In this document: positions 49,082 to 58,498 of the stretch, one piece after another
Layout: each line of letters begins with the position of its first letter
Position numbering within the stretch: the stretch's first letter is position 1
Assembly: GCA_965198115.1 (NCBI GenBank)
Contig: OZ240241.1
Coordinates: forward strand, 6,528,001 to 6,592,000
Direction: 5' to 3'
DNA from: Candidatus Latescibacterota bacterium
Lineage (GTDB): Bacteria > Latescibacterota > UBA2968
DNA: 64,000 bases
Notes under the pieces: generated by a model
What the model saw: the letters and a program-made list of their open reading frames with translations, nothing else
What the model was told of the DNA's origin: nothing
Databases searched by the model: none
Made by a program: the position numbers and the translations under genes

Positions 49082-49720
49082 ATGAACGCAACGACCCATA
49101 TGACTGTCGTGCGGCACGGGGAAACGGCCTGGAACGCGGACGGACGAATCCAGGGGCATCAACCCGTGCCTTTGAACGATCGGGGGCGAACGCAGGCGAA
49201 GCTGCTGGGGGAGCGTCTCGCGCCAGAAGAGATAGATGCGATCTACAGCAGCGATCTTCTGCGAACAATGGAGACAGCCGAGACCATCGCAGAGGGTCTG
49301 GGGATTTCGATCGAGCAGGATTCGGACTTGCGTGAATGGTCGCTGGGTGTTCTGGAAGGGAAACGTCCGGAAGATTCGCGAGCGGCGCACCCTGCGGTCG
49401 TCGATGCCTATGAGCGGCGGGATCCGGATGGGGAGATTACGGCGGGCGAAACGATCCGTGCGCGGTATGCGAGAACGACATCGTGCCTGAAGCGAATCGC
49501 ACGCAATCGCCCGGGCCAGAAGGTCCTCGTCGTGACGCACGGCGGGGTCCTGGATGACTTGTATCGAATGGTCAACGAGATTCCCCTCGGGGGCGCACCT
49601 GACTTCAATCTCTACAATGGGGGCATCCACCGGTTCGAAGTGACGGACGATCGGTGGACGATGACCGTTTGGGGGGACATCGAGCATATGAAAGAGGTGG
49701 GGTCGCTGGCTGATTGGTGA
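49082..49720 (+). CDS. Histidine phosphatase family protein
   Basis: VRHGETAWN, SSDLLR, LRE, VTHGG. Confidence 0.92.
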   Translation: MNATTHMTVVRHGETAWNADGRIQGHQPVPLNDRGRTQAKLLGERLAPEEIDAIYSSDLLRTMETAETIAEGLGISIEQDSDLREWSLGVLEGKRPEDSRAAHPAVVDAYERRDPDGEITAGETIRARYARTTSCLKRIARNRPGQKVLVVTHGGVLDDLYRMVNEIPLGGAPDFNLYNGGIHRFEVTDDRWTMTVWGDIEHMKEVGSLADW

Positions 49721-49760
49721 CCAGGGGGCTACCGGGTAGGTGAATTCGAAGGAGACGACG

Positions 49761-50747
49761 ATGAAAACCGTAAGATGGGGCATCATCGGGTGCGGAGATG
49801 TGTGCGAGGTGAAGAACGGGCCCGGACTCTACAAGGCCGAGCACTCGGAGCTGGTCGCGGTGATGCGGCGGGATGGAGCTGCGGCCGAGGACTACGCCAA
49901 GCGGCACAACGTGCCCAGATGGTATGCGGACGGGCAGGCGGTGATCGATGACGATGAGGTCGACATCGTTTATGTCGCGACGCCGCCGTCGACGCATTGC
50001 GAGTATGCGCTTGCCACGGCCGAGGCTGGAAAGCCGTGTCTGGTCGAGAAGCCGATGGGGTGCAATGCAGGCGAGTGCGAACAGATGGTGGAGGCTTTCA
50101 AGGCCAAGGATTTGCCGTTGTGGGTGGCGTACTACCGGCGTGCGTTACCGCGGTTTTTGAAGATGCGTGAGTTGCTGAGTGACGAAGTCATCGGTGCGCT
50201 GACGTCGGTCCACATCGTGCATTACGGTCGAGCACCCGAGCCGGGCGGGCATCGGGCCTGGCGGCACGATCCGGCCATCGCCGGCGCTGGGAGCTTCTAC
50301 GACGTCGGATCACACGGGCTGGACATTCTCGACTTTCTCATCGGGCCGATTACGTCGGGGTCCGGTAACGCGATTCATACGGGAGGCGATTACGCAGTCG
50401 AAGACGTGACCGCGCTGAGTTTTCTGTTCGAGAACAAGGTGGCTGGAACCGGGATCTATAACTTCAACGCGGATCATGGCGAAAACGGAATCACGTTCAC
50501 GGGTACGGAGGGCGAGATTCGATGTCCCGTTTTCAGCGATACGAATATCGAGATCGAGATGCGAGACGGTTCGACGGAATCGATCGCGGCGCCCAATCCC
50601 CCGCACGTCGGCCAACCGCTGGAAGAGACGATCATTGCAGAGCTGCGTGGCGGAGGGAAATGCGAGTCAACGGGTGAGAGTGGGCTGCGGACGCAGCGGG
50701 TGATGGATCGGTGCGTGGCCAATTACTATCAAGATGGTCGCGGGTAG
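49761..50747 (+). CDS. Gfo/Idh/MocA oxidoreductase
   Basis: WGIIGCG, VATPP..H, VEKPM, DVGSHGLD. Confidence 0.92.
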   Translation: MKTVRWGIIGCGDVCEVKNGPGLYKAEHSELVAVMRRDGAAAEDYAKRHNVPRWYADGQAVIDDDEVDIVYVATPPSTHCEYALATAEAGKPCLVEKPMGCNAGECEQMVEAFKAKDLPLWVAYYRRALPRFLKMRELLSDEVIGALTSVHIVHYGRAPEPGGHRAWRHDPAIAGAGSFYDVGSHGLDILDFLIGPITSGSGNAIHTGGDYAVEDVTALSFLFENKVAGTGIYNFNADHGENGITFTGTEGEIRCPVFSDTNIEIEMRDGSTESIAAPNPPHVGQPLEETIIAELRGGGKCESTGESGLRTQRVMDRCVANYYQDGRG

Positions 50748-50754
50748 GAAGAAG

Positions 50755-50836
50755 ACCACGAAATACACGAAATGCACGAAAAGGAAGACCTTGAAGCGAA
50801 AGCCCGGGACCACGGACCACACGGAATACACGGAAG
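50755..50836 (+). repeat. Two nonamer repeat blocks (CACGAAATA and CACGGAATA)
   Basis: ACCACGAAATACACGAAATGCACGAAAA and ACCACGGACCACACGGAATACACGGAAG. Confidence 0.8.
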
Positions 50837-50926
50837 AAACCGACACGAGGAGCGACTGCGGGTTTAGTGCTTTGTGGAGAGAAGAGGACGTGAGTGCCTG
50901 TCCTCAGCGGATGTCGAGGTAATGGG

Positions 50927-51751
50927 ATGTATAATCTGACGGGGAAAGTGGCGCTGGTGACGGGCGCTGGAGGAGAGCAGGGGATCGGGCGAGGGATCGC
51001 GAATCGGTTGGCCGAAGAGGGGGCGGATGTCGCGGTCAGTGATCTGATCGACACACCGACTGGTGATTGGGGTGGGCTTTCCGCCGTGGCGAAAGAGATC
51101 GAACAGAAGGGTCGCGGGTCGATGGCGATCGGGGCCGATGTCGGGGAGGAGGACCAGGTCGACCGAATGATCGGTTCGGTGATCGAGCGATTCGGAAGGC
51201 TGGACATTCTGGTTAACAATGCGGGTGCTCCGGCCGGCGCGGATCGCGTGCCTGTCGTCGATCTCGATGTCGAAATCTGGGACGCGGTTCAGCGCATCAA
51301 CGTGCGTGGAACGTTCTTGTGCTCCCGAGCCGCCGCTCGTCATATGATCGAGCGGCGTGGAGGCGGCAAGATTATCAATATGTCATCCGTTTCGGGGAAG
51401 AAGGGCTCGCCTCGATTCGCCGCCTATTGTGCTTCCAAGTTTGCGGTGATCGGTTTCACTCAGTCACTGTCGGGCGAGCTCGCGAAACACGGGATCCAGG
51501 TCAATGCCCTCTGTCCGGGTCTGATCGAGACGGAAAGGACGATGGGTATGGCTCAAGCTCTGAAGCCGGATAGCATGACGGCCGAAGACTATCGGGAACA
51601 GATGGTCGAGCAAGTCGCAGCCTCGACTCCCGCCGGACGGGTTGGTCGGCCGGACGACGTTGCCCGGACCGCCGCCTTCCTGGCTTCGGATGAGTCGGCA
51701 TTCCTGACAGGTTTGGCCGTTCCCGTGGCGGGTGGGAGCTGGATGCTGTAG
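50927..51751 (+). CDS. SDR family oxidoreductase
   Basis: VTGAGG..GIG, NNAG, YCASK, NALCPG. Confidence 0.93.
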   Translation: MYNLTGKVALVTGAGGEQGIGRGIANRLAEEGADVAVSDLIDTPTGDWGGLSAVAKEIEQKGRGSMAIGADVGEEDQVDRMIGSVIERFGRLDILVNNAGAPAGADRVPVVDLDVEIWDAVQRINVRGTFLCSRAAARHMIERRGGGKIINMSSVSGKKGSPRFAAYCASKFAVIGFTQSLSGELAKHGIQVNALCPGLIETERTMGMAQALKPDSMTAEDYREQMVEQVAASTPAGRVGRPDDVARTAAFLASDESAFLTGLAVPVAGGSWML

Positions 51752-51817
51752 AAGTGAGCAGAAGTGAGGAGTGAGAAGGGAAGACGGAATGCAGAAGTTA
51801 GAATGCAAAATGCAAAG
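51749..51817 (+). repeat. Heptamer repeats (AGAAGTG, then GAATGCA/AAATGCA) filling the intergenic gap
   Basis: TAGAAGTGAGCAGAAGTGAGGAGTGAGAAGGG..GAATGCAGAAGTTAGAATGCAAAATGCAAAG; second motif recurs at about 59776. Confidence 0.75.
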
Positions 51818-51822
51818 GACGC

Positions 51823-52632
51823 GTGCTCGTGATCATTGAGTGGAATATGCATATGTTCAGCTCGGACACGGAGCGGTATCCGTTCCATCCGCGGGCGGCG
51901 TATGAGCCTGATGCGACGCATTGGGAGGCAGACCCTGTCGAAGCCTACTCGGACCGGATGGAGGAAGAGGGTATCGATCGGGCGGTGCTCGTTCACCCAG
52001 AGCCCTACGGAGACGACCATCGATTGGTGCTCGACTGCGTCGCGAGAGATCCCGAACGGTACAAGGCCACGAGCTTGTTTTATCCGAAGGACAAGGATGC
52101 ACCGGCACGGCTGGCGGATCTTGTCGCTGCTCACTCGGAGGTGGTGGCCACCCGGTTCCACGCGCACCGTGGCAAGACGGTGTACCTGGACTCGTTTGCC
52201 GATGCCGGTGTGATCTCGCTGTGGGAAAAGGCTGCGGACCTTGGATTGATCGTGGAGCTGCACATCGGGGCGAACTACGCTTCCCAGTGCGAAGACCTGA
52301 TCAGTGCGCATCCTGAGACGCCCGTTCTGATCGATCATCTGGCCGAACCGCACAAGGGTGACGCGGTGGAGTTTGCGGATGTGCTCGAGCTGGCACGGTT
52401 TCCGAACGTGTATATGAAGCTGTCGGGACTCAATCACTTTGCGGATGACGAGCCGCTTTACGAAAGTGCTATTCCCTTCACCAAGCGGGTCGTGGGGGAA
52501 TTCGGGCCGGATCAGATGGTGTGGGGAAGCGGGACGCCGAGGATCGTGGAGACACACATGCCGGACCATAGCGATGAGGAGCGAGCCAAGGTTTTGGGAG
52601 GAAACGTTTCGAAACTTTTGGGGTGGACATAG
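51823..52632 (+). CDS. Amidohydrolase family protein
   Basis: NMHMF, GIDRAVLVHP, LIDHLA, NVYMKLSG, FGPDQMVWGS. Confidence 0.85.
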   Translation: MLVIIEWNMHMFSSDTERYPFHPRAAYEPDATHWEADPVEAYSDRMEEEGIDRAVLVHPEPYGDDHRLVLDCVARDPERYKATSLFYPKDKDAPARLADLVAAHSEVVATRFHAHRGKTVYLDSFADAGVISLWEKAADLGLIVELHIGANYASQCEDLISAHPETPVLIDHLAEPHKGDAVEFADVLELARFPNVYMKLSGLNHFADDEPLYESAIPFTKRVVGEFGPDQMVWGSGTPRIVETHMPDHSDEERAKVLGGNVSKLLGWT

Positions 52633-52688
52633 ATAAGTTGGGGAGAGGGAGTGGTGGGGAGTGCCGCCACGGAAGAGAATCTGTGGCA

Positions 52689-52726
52689 GTGACCATTGAC
52701 CGGTGACCATTGACCTGTGACCAAAG
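52689..52726 (+). repeat. Heptamer repeat (TGACCAT family)
   Basis: GTGACCATTGACCGGTGACCATTGACCTGTGACCAAAG. Confidence 0.8.
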
Positions 52727-52786
52727 CGTTGGGTCATTCAAGATGTGAGACCGGTTTTACGTTTCACAGGATTTAAGAGAGGGAAG

Positions 52787-53212
52787 ATGGCGAAGATTAC
52801 GGAGTTCAAAGGATACGACGGCGATTTACCCGACGATTTGCCTCCCAAGCCGGAGGTGGGGCCGGATCCGATGATCGTGGATGCATCGAACGGGGTTCCT
52901 GTGGTCTATCCTGGCTGTCACGGCGTCGGTGTGCGTGTCGTACACCCGGTTAACGAGAAGGCGCCGGCGAAAAATATGGGGCTTGTTCTTTTTTACGTGC
53001 CGCCTCACGTAATCTTGGAACCGGGATCGCATCCCACCGAAGAGACGTATGTGATCATCGAGGGTGAAGGCGAGATGACGTTCGAGCGGATGAAGCGGAC
53101 GATCAAGAAAGGCGATTTCATCTACCTGCCATCCTGGTGTGTACACGGGATCGAAAACACGGGGAATGAGACGCTGGTGGTCCTGATCTGCACGTCTCCG
53201 CCGAACCCGTGA
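52787..53212 (+). CDS. Cupin domain protein
   Basis: SHPTEETYVIIEGEG, GDFIYLP..HGIEN. Confidence 0.88.
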   Translation: MAKITEFKGYDGDLPDDLPPKPEVGPDPMIVDASNGVPVVYPGCHGVGVRVVHPVNEKAPAKNMGLVLFYVPPHVILEPGSHPTEETYVIIEGEGEMTFERMKRTIKKGDFIYLPSWCVHGIENTGNETLVVLICTSPPNP

Positions 53213-53237
53213 GAAGCCTGGAGGAGGACCCTTTCAA

Positions 53238-53271
53238 TGACCAGTGACCTTTGACCATTGACCAGTGACAA
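53238..53271 (+). repeat. Heptamer repeat (TGACCAG family)
   Basis: TGACCAGTGACCTTTGACCATTGACCAGTGACAA. Confidence 0.8.
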
Positions 53272-53284
53272 GAGGAGGCATGGT

Positions 53285-54232
53285 GTGAGACGAGCAAGGT
53301 TGCTGAGTGTGTCGTTCCCTAAAGGTGGCTACGGGGACGTGGACGAAAATCGTAGGCAGATGGTTACCCATCTGGAGCAAACGGCAGATTACAGGCCGGA
53401 TTTCGTATGCTTCTCGGAAGTGGCGCGTGAGCTCGGAGTTCCGAACGAGGACGAGGCGTGGGACGGCGAACCCATTCCAGGCGAGACGACGACCGCAGTG
53501 GGTGAGGTCGCTCGCCGGATTGGTACGCACGTCATCGTGGGGATGCAGGAGCGTGTGGCGCCGGATGAAACCTATAACGCTGCCGTCCTGATCGGCCGAG
53601 ACGGCGAAGTGATCGGGCGGTATCACAAGGTCCAACCAACGATCGGCGAGCTGGAACGGGGCACGTTGCCGGGTGAGACGGCGATGACGTTCGACACCGA
53701 TCTGGGTACCGTTGGCATGCTGATCTGTTTCGATCTGAAGTTTCCCGAAGTCTCTGCCTCTCTGGCGCGAAACGGGGCGCGTGTGGCTTTCTTTCCGAGC
53801 ATGTTCCACGGTGGAGCCCGACATCAGTCGATTGCGAGGGACCACGGCATGTTTCTGGTCGTGAGTCAGGCGGTGGAGAGCGTGATCGTGGATATGTGCG
53901 GTCGTCGTCTGTCGTGGCAGGGTTACCAGGAGCCGCTCGTCGAGCAAGGGAAACTGCCGCCGTTCGCGTTCGCCGAGGCGAATTTGGATTGCAAGGCCTA
54001 CCACCTGGACTTCAACCAGGCGAAGCTCGGTGACATTCGATCGAAATACGGTGCCGGCGTGAGCTTTGAAATCCTCCGGCCAGAAGCGACGTTCGTGATG
54101 ACGTCGCTGATGGACGATGTAACTGTAGAGACGATCGAGACGGAGTTCGAGCTCGAAGATCTGTGGACCTATTATGACCATTCGAGAGATGTTCGGGCCT
54201 CCAAAGCCGGGCGAGAGGTCGTGATTGGATAG
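53285..54232 (+). CDS. Carbon-nitrogen hydrolase (nitrilase superfamily)
   Basis: Catalytic E-K-C in FSE, YHK and ICFD. Confidence 0.9.
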   Translation: MRRARLLSVSFPKGGYGDVDENRRQMVTHLEQTADYRPDFVCFSEVARELGVPNEDEAWDGEPIPGETTTAVGEVARRIGTHVIVGMQERVAPDETYNAAVLIGRDGEVIGRYHKVQPTIGELERGTLPGETAMTFDTDLGTVGMLICFDLKFPEVSASLARNGARVAFFPSMFHGGARHQSIARDHGMFLVVSQAVESVIVDMCGRRLSWQGYQEPLVEQGKLPPFAFAEANLDCKAYHLDFNQAKLGDIRSKYGAGVSFEILRPEATFVMTSLMDDVTVETIETEFELEDLWTYYDHSRDVRASKAGREVVIG

Positions 54233-54256
54233 ATCGACGACACCAGGAACCGACGC

Positions 54257-55318
54257 ATGAAGCGCGTGCAGCTTGGCGTCATCGGGTGTGGTGTCATCGG
54301 GCAGACGCACATTGCCGCTGCAGCCGAATCGGATACGATCGATCTCGTGGCAATCGCCGATCTTCGTCAAGACGTGGCCGGGTCGCTCGCGGATGCGCAC
54401 GGTGTCGAGACGGTCTTCGAACAGGGCGAATCGTTGATCGAGGACGGGCGGTTGGAGGCGGTCGTTCTGGCCATGCCAGCGCACGTTCGAACCGGCCTTG
54501 CGTTGAAGGCGTTCGAACGCGGTCTTCACGTGCTGATCGAAAAGCCGGTCGCGATGAACGCGACGGAGGTCGAGCGGATGATCAAGGCACGGGATGCCGC
54601 TGGAACCCTGGCTGGATGCTGTAGCTGCCGTTTCAGGCTTTTGCCATCCGCGCAGAAGGTGACGGAGTTCGTTGCGACCGGTGCGTTGGGCGCTCTGCGT
54701 GCCCTCCACTGTCGTGCGATTCGACCGGGCAGACCGCCGCCGGAATCACCGCCCCCCGTCTGGCGATTGCGCAAGGATCTGAACGGTGGCGGCATCATGT
54801 CGAACTGGGGCTGTTACGATCTGGACTATCTTCTGGGAATCACGGATTGGCAGATCCGACCTCAAACTGTTCTGGCGCAGACGTGGACGGTGCCGCGACG
54901 ATACGAAGCGTTGGCCGATCCATCTTCGGATGCGGAGACGTATGTGACCGCGACCATCCGTTGCGAAGACGGCGTGTCGATTCATTTCGAGCGCGGCGAA
55001 ATGATGGCGGCGGTCGAGTCGCTGACGTGGAATGTGATGGGTGAGGACGGTTCGCTCGATCTGAGCATGACGAAGGAGCGGAAACGACTGATGTATCACA
55101 AAGCTTCTTCAGAAACGGGAGTCGTGAGCGACGTGTTCTGGGAGGGCGAGGAGGACAATGCCGTCACCTCCTACGGACCTGTCCTGGACTTTACGAATGC
55201 AGTGCGGAAGGGTCGGGATCCGTTAACGACGCTGGAGCAAGCGTTGACCGTCCAGCAGATCACGGATGCGGTTTATCGATCTGCCGACTCGGGTGAAGCT
55301 GTCGAGATCGAGAATTGA
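54257..55318 (+). CDS. Gfo/Idh/MocA oxidoreductase
   Basis: GVIGCGVIG, LIEKPV, GGGIMSNWGCYDLD. Confidence 0.9.
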   Translation: MKRVQLGVIGCGVIGQTHIAAAAESDTIDLVAIADLRQDVAGSLADAHGVETVFEQGESLIEDGRLEAVVLAMPAHVRTGLALKAFERGLHVLIEKPVAMNATEVERMIKARDAAGTLAGCCSCRFRLLPSAQKVTEFVATGALGALRALHCRAIRPGRPPPESPPPVWRLRKDLNGGGIMSNWGCYDLDYLLGITDWQIRPQTVLAQTWTVPRRYEALADPSSDAETYVTATIRCEDGVSIHFERGEMMAAVESLTWNVMGEDGSLDLSMTKERKRLMYHKASSETGVVSDVFWEGEEDNAVTSYGPVLDFTNAVRKGRDPLTTLEQALTVQQITDAVYRSADSGEAVEIEN

Positions 55319-55346
55319 GGATCGAATATCGAGGATTGGAGGGGTG

Positions 55347-55940
55347 ATGGCTGAGCACGCGGAACTGTTCGATGGGGAATCGTTGGACGGGTGGAAGATG
55401 ACCGGGAGTCCCGAGGGTTGGACAGTCGAGGACGGATCCATTTTCTGTAACGGCACGAATGGCGGGTATCTCCATACCGAGCGAAACGACTTTCAGAATT
55501 TCGAGCTCAATCTCACGTTCAAGTACGACGAGGGGGCCAACAGCGGCATCTTCTTTCGCTGGACGGATCTGGCCGATCCCGTGCAGACGGGTATTGAAAT
55601 CCAGATTCTGGATACCCACGGCCGGGAGCCGGCAACGGTGAAATGTTGCGGGGCGATGTACGATTGCCAGGCGCCGAGCCGCAATACGTGCAGGCCCGCG
55701 GGAGAGTGGAACACGCTGGTGCTCACGGCGGATGGCTCAATGATCTCTGTCGTGATGAACGACGAAGCGACGACAGGAGCCGATCTGCGCCAATGGACGG
55801 AGGCCGGAAAGAATCCGGACGGCACGCCGAACAAGTTCAAGCGTCCGTTTTGTGAGATGGTCGATGCCGGACACATCGGTCTGCAGGGAGATCACAAGGG
55901 TGTCATCTGGTTCAAGGAACTGAACGTTCGGTTTCTTTAG
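55347..55940 (+). CDS. DUF1080 (3-keto-disaccharide hydrolase-like) protein
   Basis: LFDGESLDGW, WTVEDG, NSGIFFR, EIQILD, GEWN, GHIGLQ. Confidence 0.9.
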   Translation: MAEHAELFDGESLDGWKMTGSPEGWTVEDGSIFCNGTNGGYLHTERNDFQNFELNLTFKYDEGANSGIFFRWTDLADPVQTGIEIQILDTHGREPATVKCCGAMYDCQAPSRNTCRPAGEWNTLVLTADGSMISVVMNDEATTGADLRQWTEAGKNPDGTPNKFKRPFCEMVDAGHIGLQGDHKGVIWFKELNVRFL

Positions 55941-55966
55941 GTTCGCCTCGACAGTCGGGAACAGAA

Positions 55967-55997
55967 AAGCGGGTCGCCGTTGTGATGCGACCCGCTT
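55967..55997. terminator. Hairpin between convergent genes
   Basis: AAGCGGGTCGC-9 nt-GCGACCCGCTT. Confidence 0.6.
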
Positions 55998-56021
55998 CGT
56001 ATTGATAGGTGGCGTTCGATG

Positions 56022-56643
56022 TCAGGAGAACATCTTGTCGAATTCGAAGTCGAGCTGTTTTCGATTGTCGTCGAACACGAGACGGACGACGCGTGAGATG
56101 TCGGGATAGTCGTTTTTTAGTGTGCGGTACGTCCGATGAAGAAGATCGATACGACCGTCGCTCGTTAGCGAATCCCATCCCTTCGATTTCACGAAGATTT
56201 CAACGATCTTCACTTTGACCTTGCTGAGATCTACGTCGGCGAAGGTCTTCCTATCGACCACCTTGCCGGAGTCGAGAATGAGTCGGATCCTCGAGTAAAC
56301 CCGTCTGTTGATCTTCAGAATGTCGGTGCTAAACGTCAGTGCCGTCTGAACCTGAGTGGTGTCGACGGCCGCTTTCCGTCCGATGTGGTACTTGGGCTCG
56401 ACTCTCTCCCGCTTGACCGTCTTTCGTCTCTTTTTGGGCGTATGGTCGGTTGTCGCAAACATAACGAGTGCGGTAACCAGGACAACGCCGAGACCGGCCG
56501 TCAACCCGATCTGTTTGACCCTGGCGGGATCCATTTTGGGCTTTTTTTTCGTCGCCTCCCCAGTCGAGTTCGACGAAGTTGCCCTTTTCGTCGTAGAACC
56601 CCGGTTTGCCCGTGTCTCGGCGTTTGGCTCTGCGCTTTCCCAT
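56022..56643 (-). CDS. Hypothetical single-TM protein, probably frameshifted at an A8 run (about 56545)
   Basis: Removing one A joins MGKRRAK..WGGDEKK (RBS GGAG before 56643) to PKMDPARVKQIG.. of ORF 56022-56534. Confidence 0.6.
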
Positions 56644-56820
56644 TCTCCGGCTCTTGGATGGAACGTGGTCCTACTTTACCCCTCTTCCAACTATCGGCTG
56701 TCTTCAGTTTCATGTTGAGTCAACATCGGCTACGCGATACCCGTAAACCGATCACCTACACCAGAGTCAAGAAGGGACTTCGAGAGAATTCTGCGAATCT
56801 GAAGCGCTGGCAGGGATCAT

Positions 56821-57906
56821 TCACTGACCGCTTGCCAGGAAGGCTTTGAGCTGGTTCAAAGAGAGATCTTTGATGCCCAGCCGATCGACGCCTCTGGACG
56901 CTTCCCAGCCGTCGAATCCCATCACGATGGACCCGATATCGATGAATGCGTCCATCGTCGGTGTGTCGACTCCGTATTGCGTGCCGACCGAACTCCAACT
57001 GGCGAGTCCGAAGGGAATGTCTTCGGTCAGCCATCTGCTCTCGAGGCTACCGGGAGCCCGGAGTGCGGTTAGCATGCGACTGCCGTTGATGGCGGCCCAC
57101 AGGTCACCCGCGGGCCCGAATCCGGCCGCGTGAAAGGCCTCGTTCGCCGGCTTGAGATCGTAGCCGAGGGCGTTTCCGACCGCTCGTCGTTCGGCGTCGA
57201 CCCGCATGATGACCTTGGCGACCGTCGGAGAGACCCCCTCGTCGTAGAAGTAGAATTCACCGCGTGAGTATTCGACACGTCCCGCGTTCATCAGAACACC
57301 GGCGGGATGAACGACGGGGTTCATCGCGCTCAAGCCGCAGGCGGCCACATCGGGGTAGGTCGTGACGCCCGGAAACAGTTCGTCCAGACGAGCCCGCACG
57401 TCTTGGGTGGAGGTGTTGGGGAGCACGCCCAGGCCAAGCGCTGTGACCGTCCCCCAGATAGTGGCGGTGTCCGGTTCAGTCTTTCGGCAGACATAGGGGG
57501 CGGTATCGACTTCGGCCAGCGTGGGCAGCCGGGCTCCCGCGTCGCGGAACGTCTTTGACCAGGCGAGGGCGCCGAGGTTGCCGGGCATGAGGACGATTGT
57601 GTGATCGGTTGTGACGTGGGGCGTGCAGACTTCGATGAAGGGATCGTGAGCGTAGGAGGGTACGATGACGAGTACGAGGTCGCTGAACGCGAGTGCTTCC
57701 TTCACGTCGGTCGTCAGGTGATGAATCCTCGCGGGGCCCTGTTCCTCGACGCCCACCAGGTTGATCTCGCCCGACTCTCGGATGGGGTCAAGGGAGTGCC
57801 CGAAAGAGGGAATTTCCCAAAGTGTGACACGATGACCTTTGTGGGTCAAGTTTGCGGCGACGGAGAAGGCCGTATTGCCACCACCGAGAATCGTTACGTC
57901 GGACAT
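56821..57906 (-). CDS. NAD/NADP octopine/nopaline (opine) dehydrogenase family
   Basis: ILGGGN, VPSYAH, NPVVHP, FYFYDEG, VDAERR, RWLTEDIPFGL. Confidence 0.88.
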   Translation of the reverse strand: MSDVTILGGGNTAFSVAANLTHKGHRVTLWEIPSFGHSLDPIRESGEINLVGVEEQGPARIHHLTTDVKEALAFSDLVLVIVPSYAHDPFIEVCTPHVTTDHTIVLMPGNLGALAWSKTFRDAGARLPTLAEVDTAPYVCRKTEPDTATIWGTVTALGLGVLPNTSTQDVRARLDELFPGVTTYPDVAACGLSAMNPVVHPAGVLMNAGRVEYSRGEFYFYDEGVSPTVAKVIMRVDAERRAVGNALGYDLKPANEAFHAAGFGPAGDLWAAINGSRMLTALRAPGSLESRWLTEDIPFGLASWSSVGTQYGVDTPTMDAFIDIGSIVMGFDGWEASRGVDRLGIKDLSLNQLKAFLASGQ

Positions 57907-57918
57907 TGAGAGAACCTG

Positions 57919-57960
57919 TGGATTAGGAAATCAGGGAATTAGGAAATTGAGGGATTGGGA
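57919..57960 (+). repeat. Octamer repeat (GAATTAGG family)
   Basis: GGATTAGG AAATCAGG GAATTAGG AAATTGAG GGATTGGG. Confidence 0.75.
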
Positions 57961-57966
57961 ACGTGC

Positions 57967-58437
57967 TCAGCGTGAGATAGGGGCGATGGTGGCGCCAGCG
58001 ATCTTCGCGATGTCGGCCGGGGTGATGATGATCTGGAGACCGCGAAGACCGGCGCTGATACTGATCTTGTCCTGACGCTGTGCAGTCTGGTCGATGAACA
58101 GACGAAACGGCTTCTTTGTGCCGAGTGGTGACACGCCGCCGCGGATGTAGCCGGTCAGCCCCTGAACTTCTGAAAGAGCAACGAGTTCGGCCTTCTTAGC
58201 GCCGGCCGCGGATCCGAGCGCCTTCCCGTCGAGTTGCGTGTCGGCGGGCACGCACGCCAGGAGGATCTCATTATCGTTGGTCCGAACGACGAGTGTTTTG
58301 AAGACGGCGTCCGTGTCGAGTTCCAACTTCCTGGCGACGGTCATTGCGCTCAGGTCGTCTTCGTCGATCTCGTAGGTCCGAAGTTCGTAGTTCACGCCGG
58401 CGCGATCGAGGAGGCGAGCGGCGTTGGTCTTTGACAT
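57967..58437 (-). CDS. ybaK: Cys-tRNA(Pro) deacylase
   Basis: KTNAARLLD, VFKTLV, TGYIRGGVSPLG, SAGLRG. Confidence 0.93.
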   Translation of the reverse strand: MSKTNAARLLDRAGVNYELRTYEIDEDDLSAMTVARKLELDTDAVFKTLVVRTNDNEILLACVPADTQLDGKALGSAAGAKKAELVALSEVQGLTGYIRGGVSPLGTKKPFRLFIDQTAQRQDKISISAGLRGLQIIITPADIAKIAGATIAPISR

Positions 58438-58498
58438 TGAAGATCGATCCTCCTCCTCCGAAGGCTACGGCGGGCAGGGAATCGAGAATGGGCGATGA

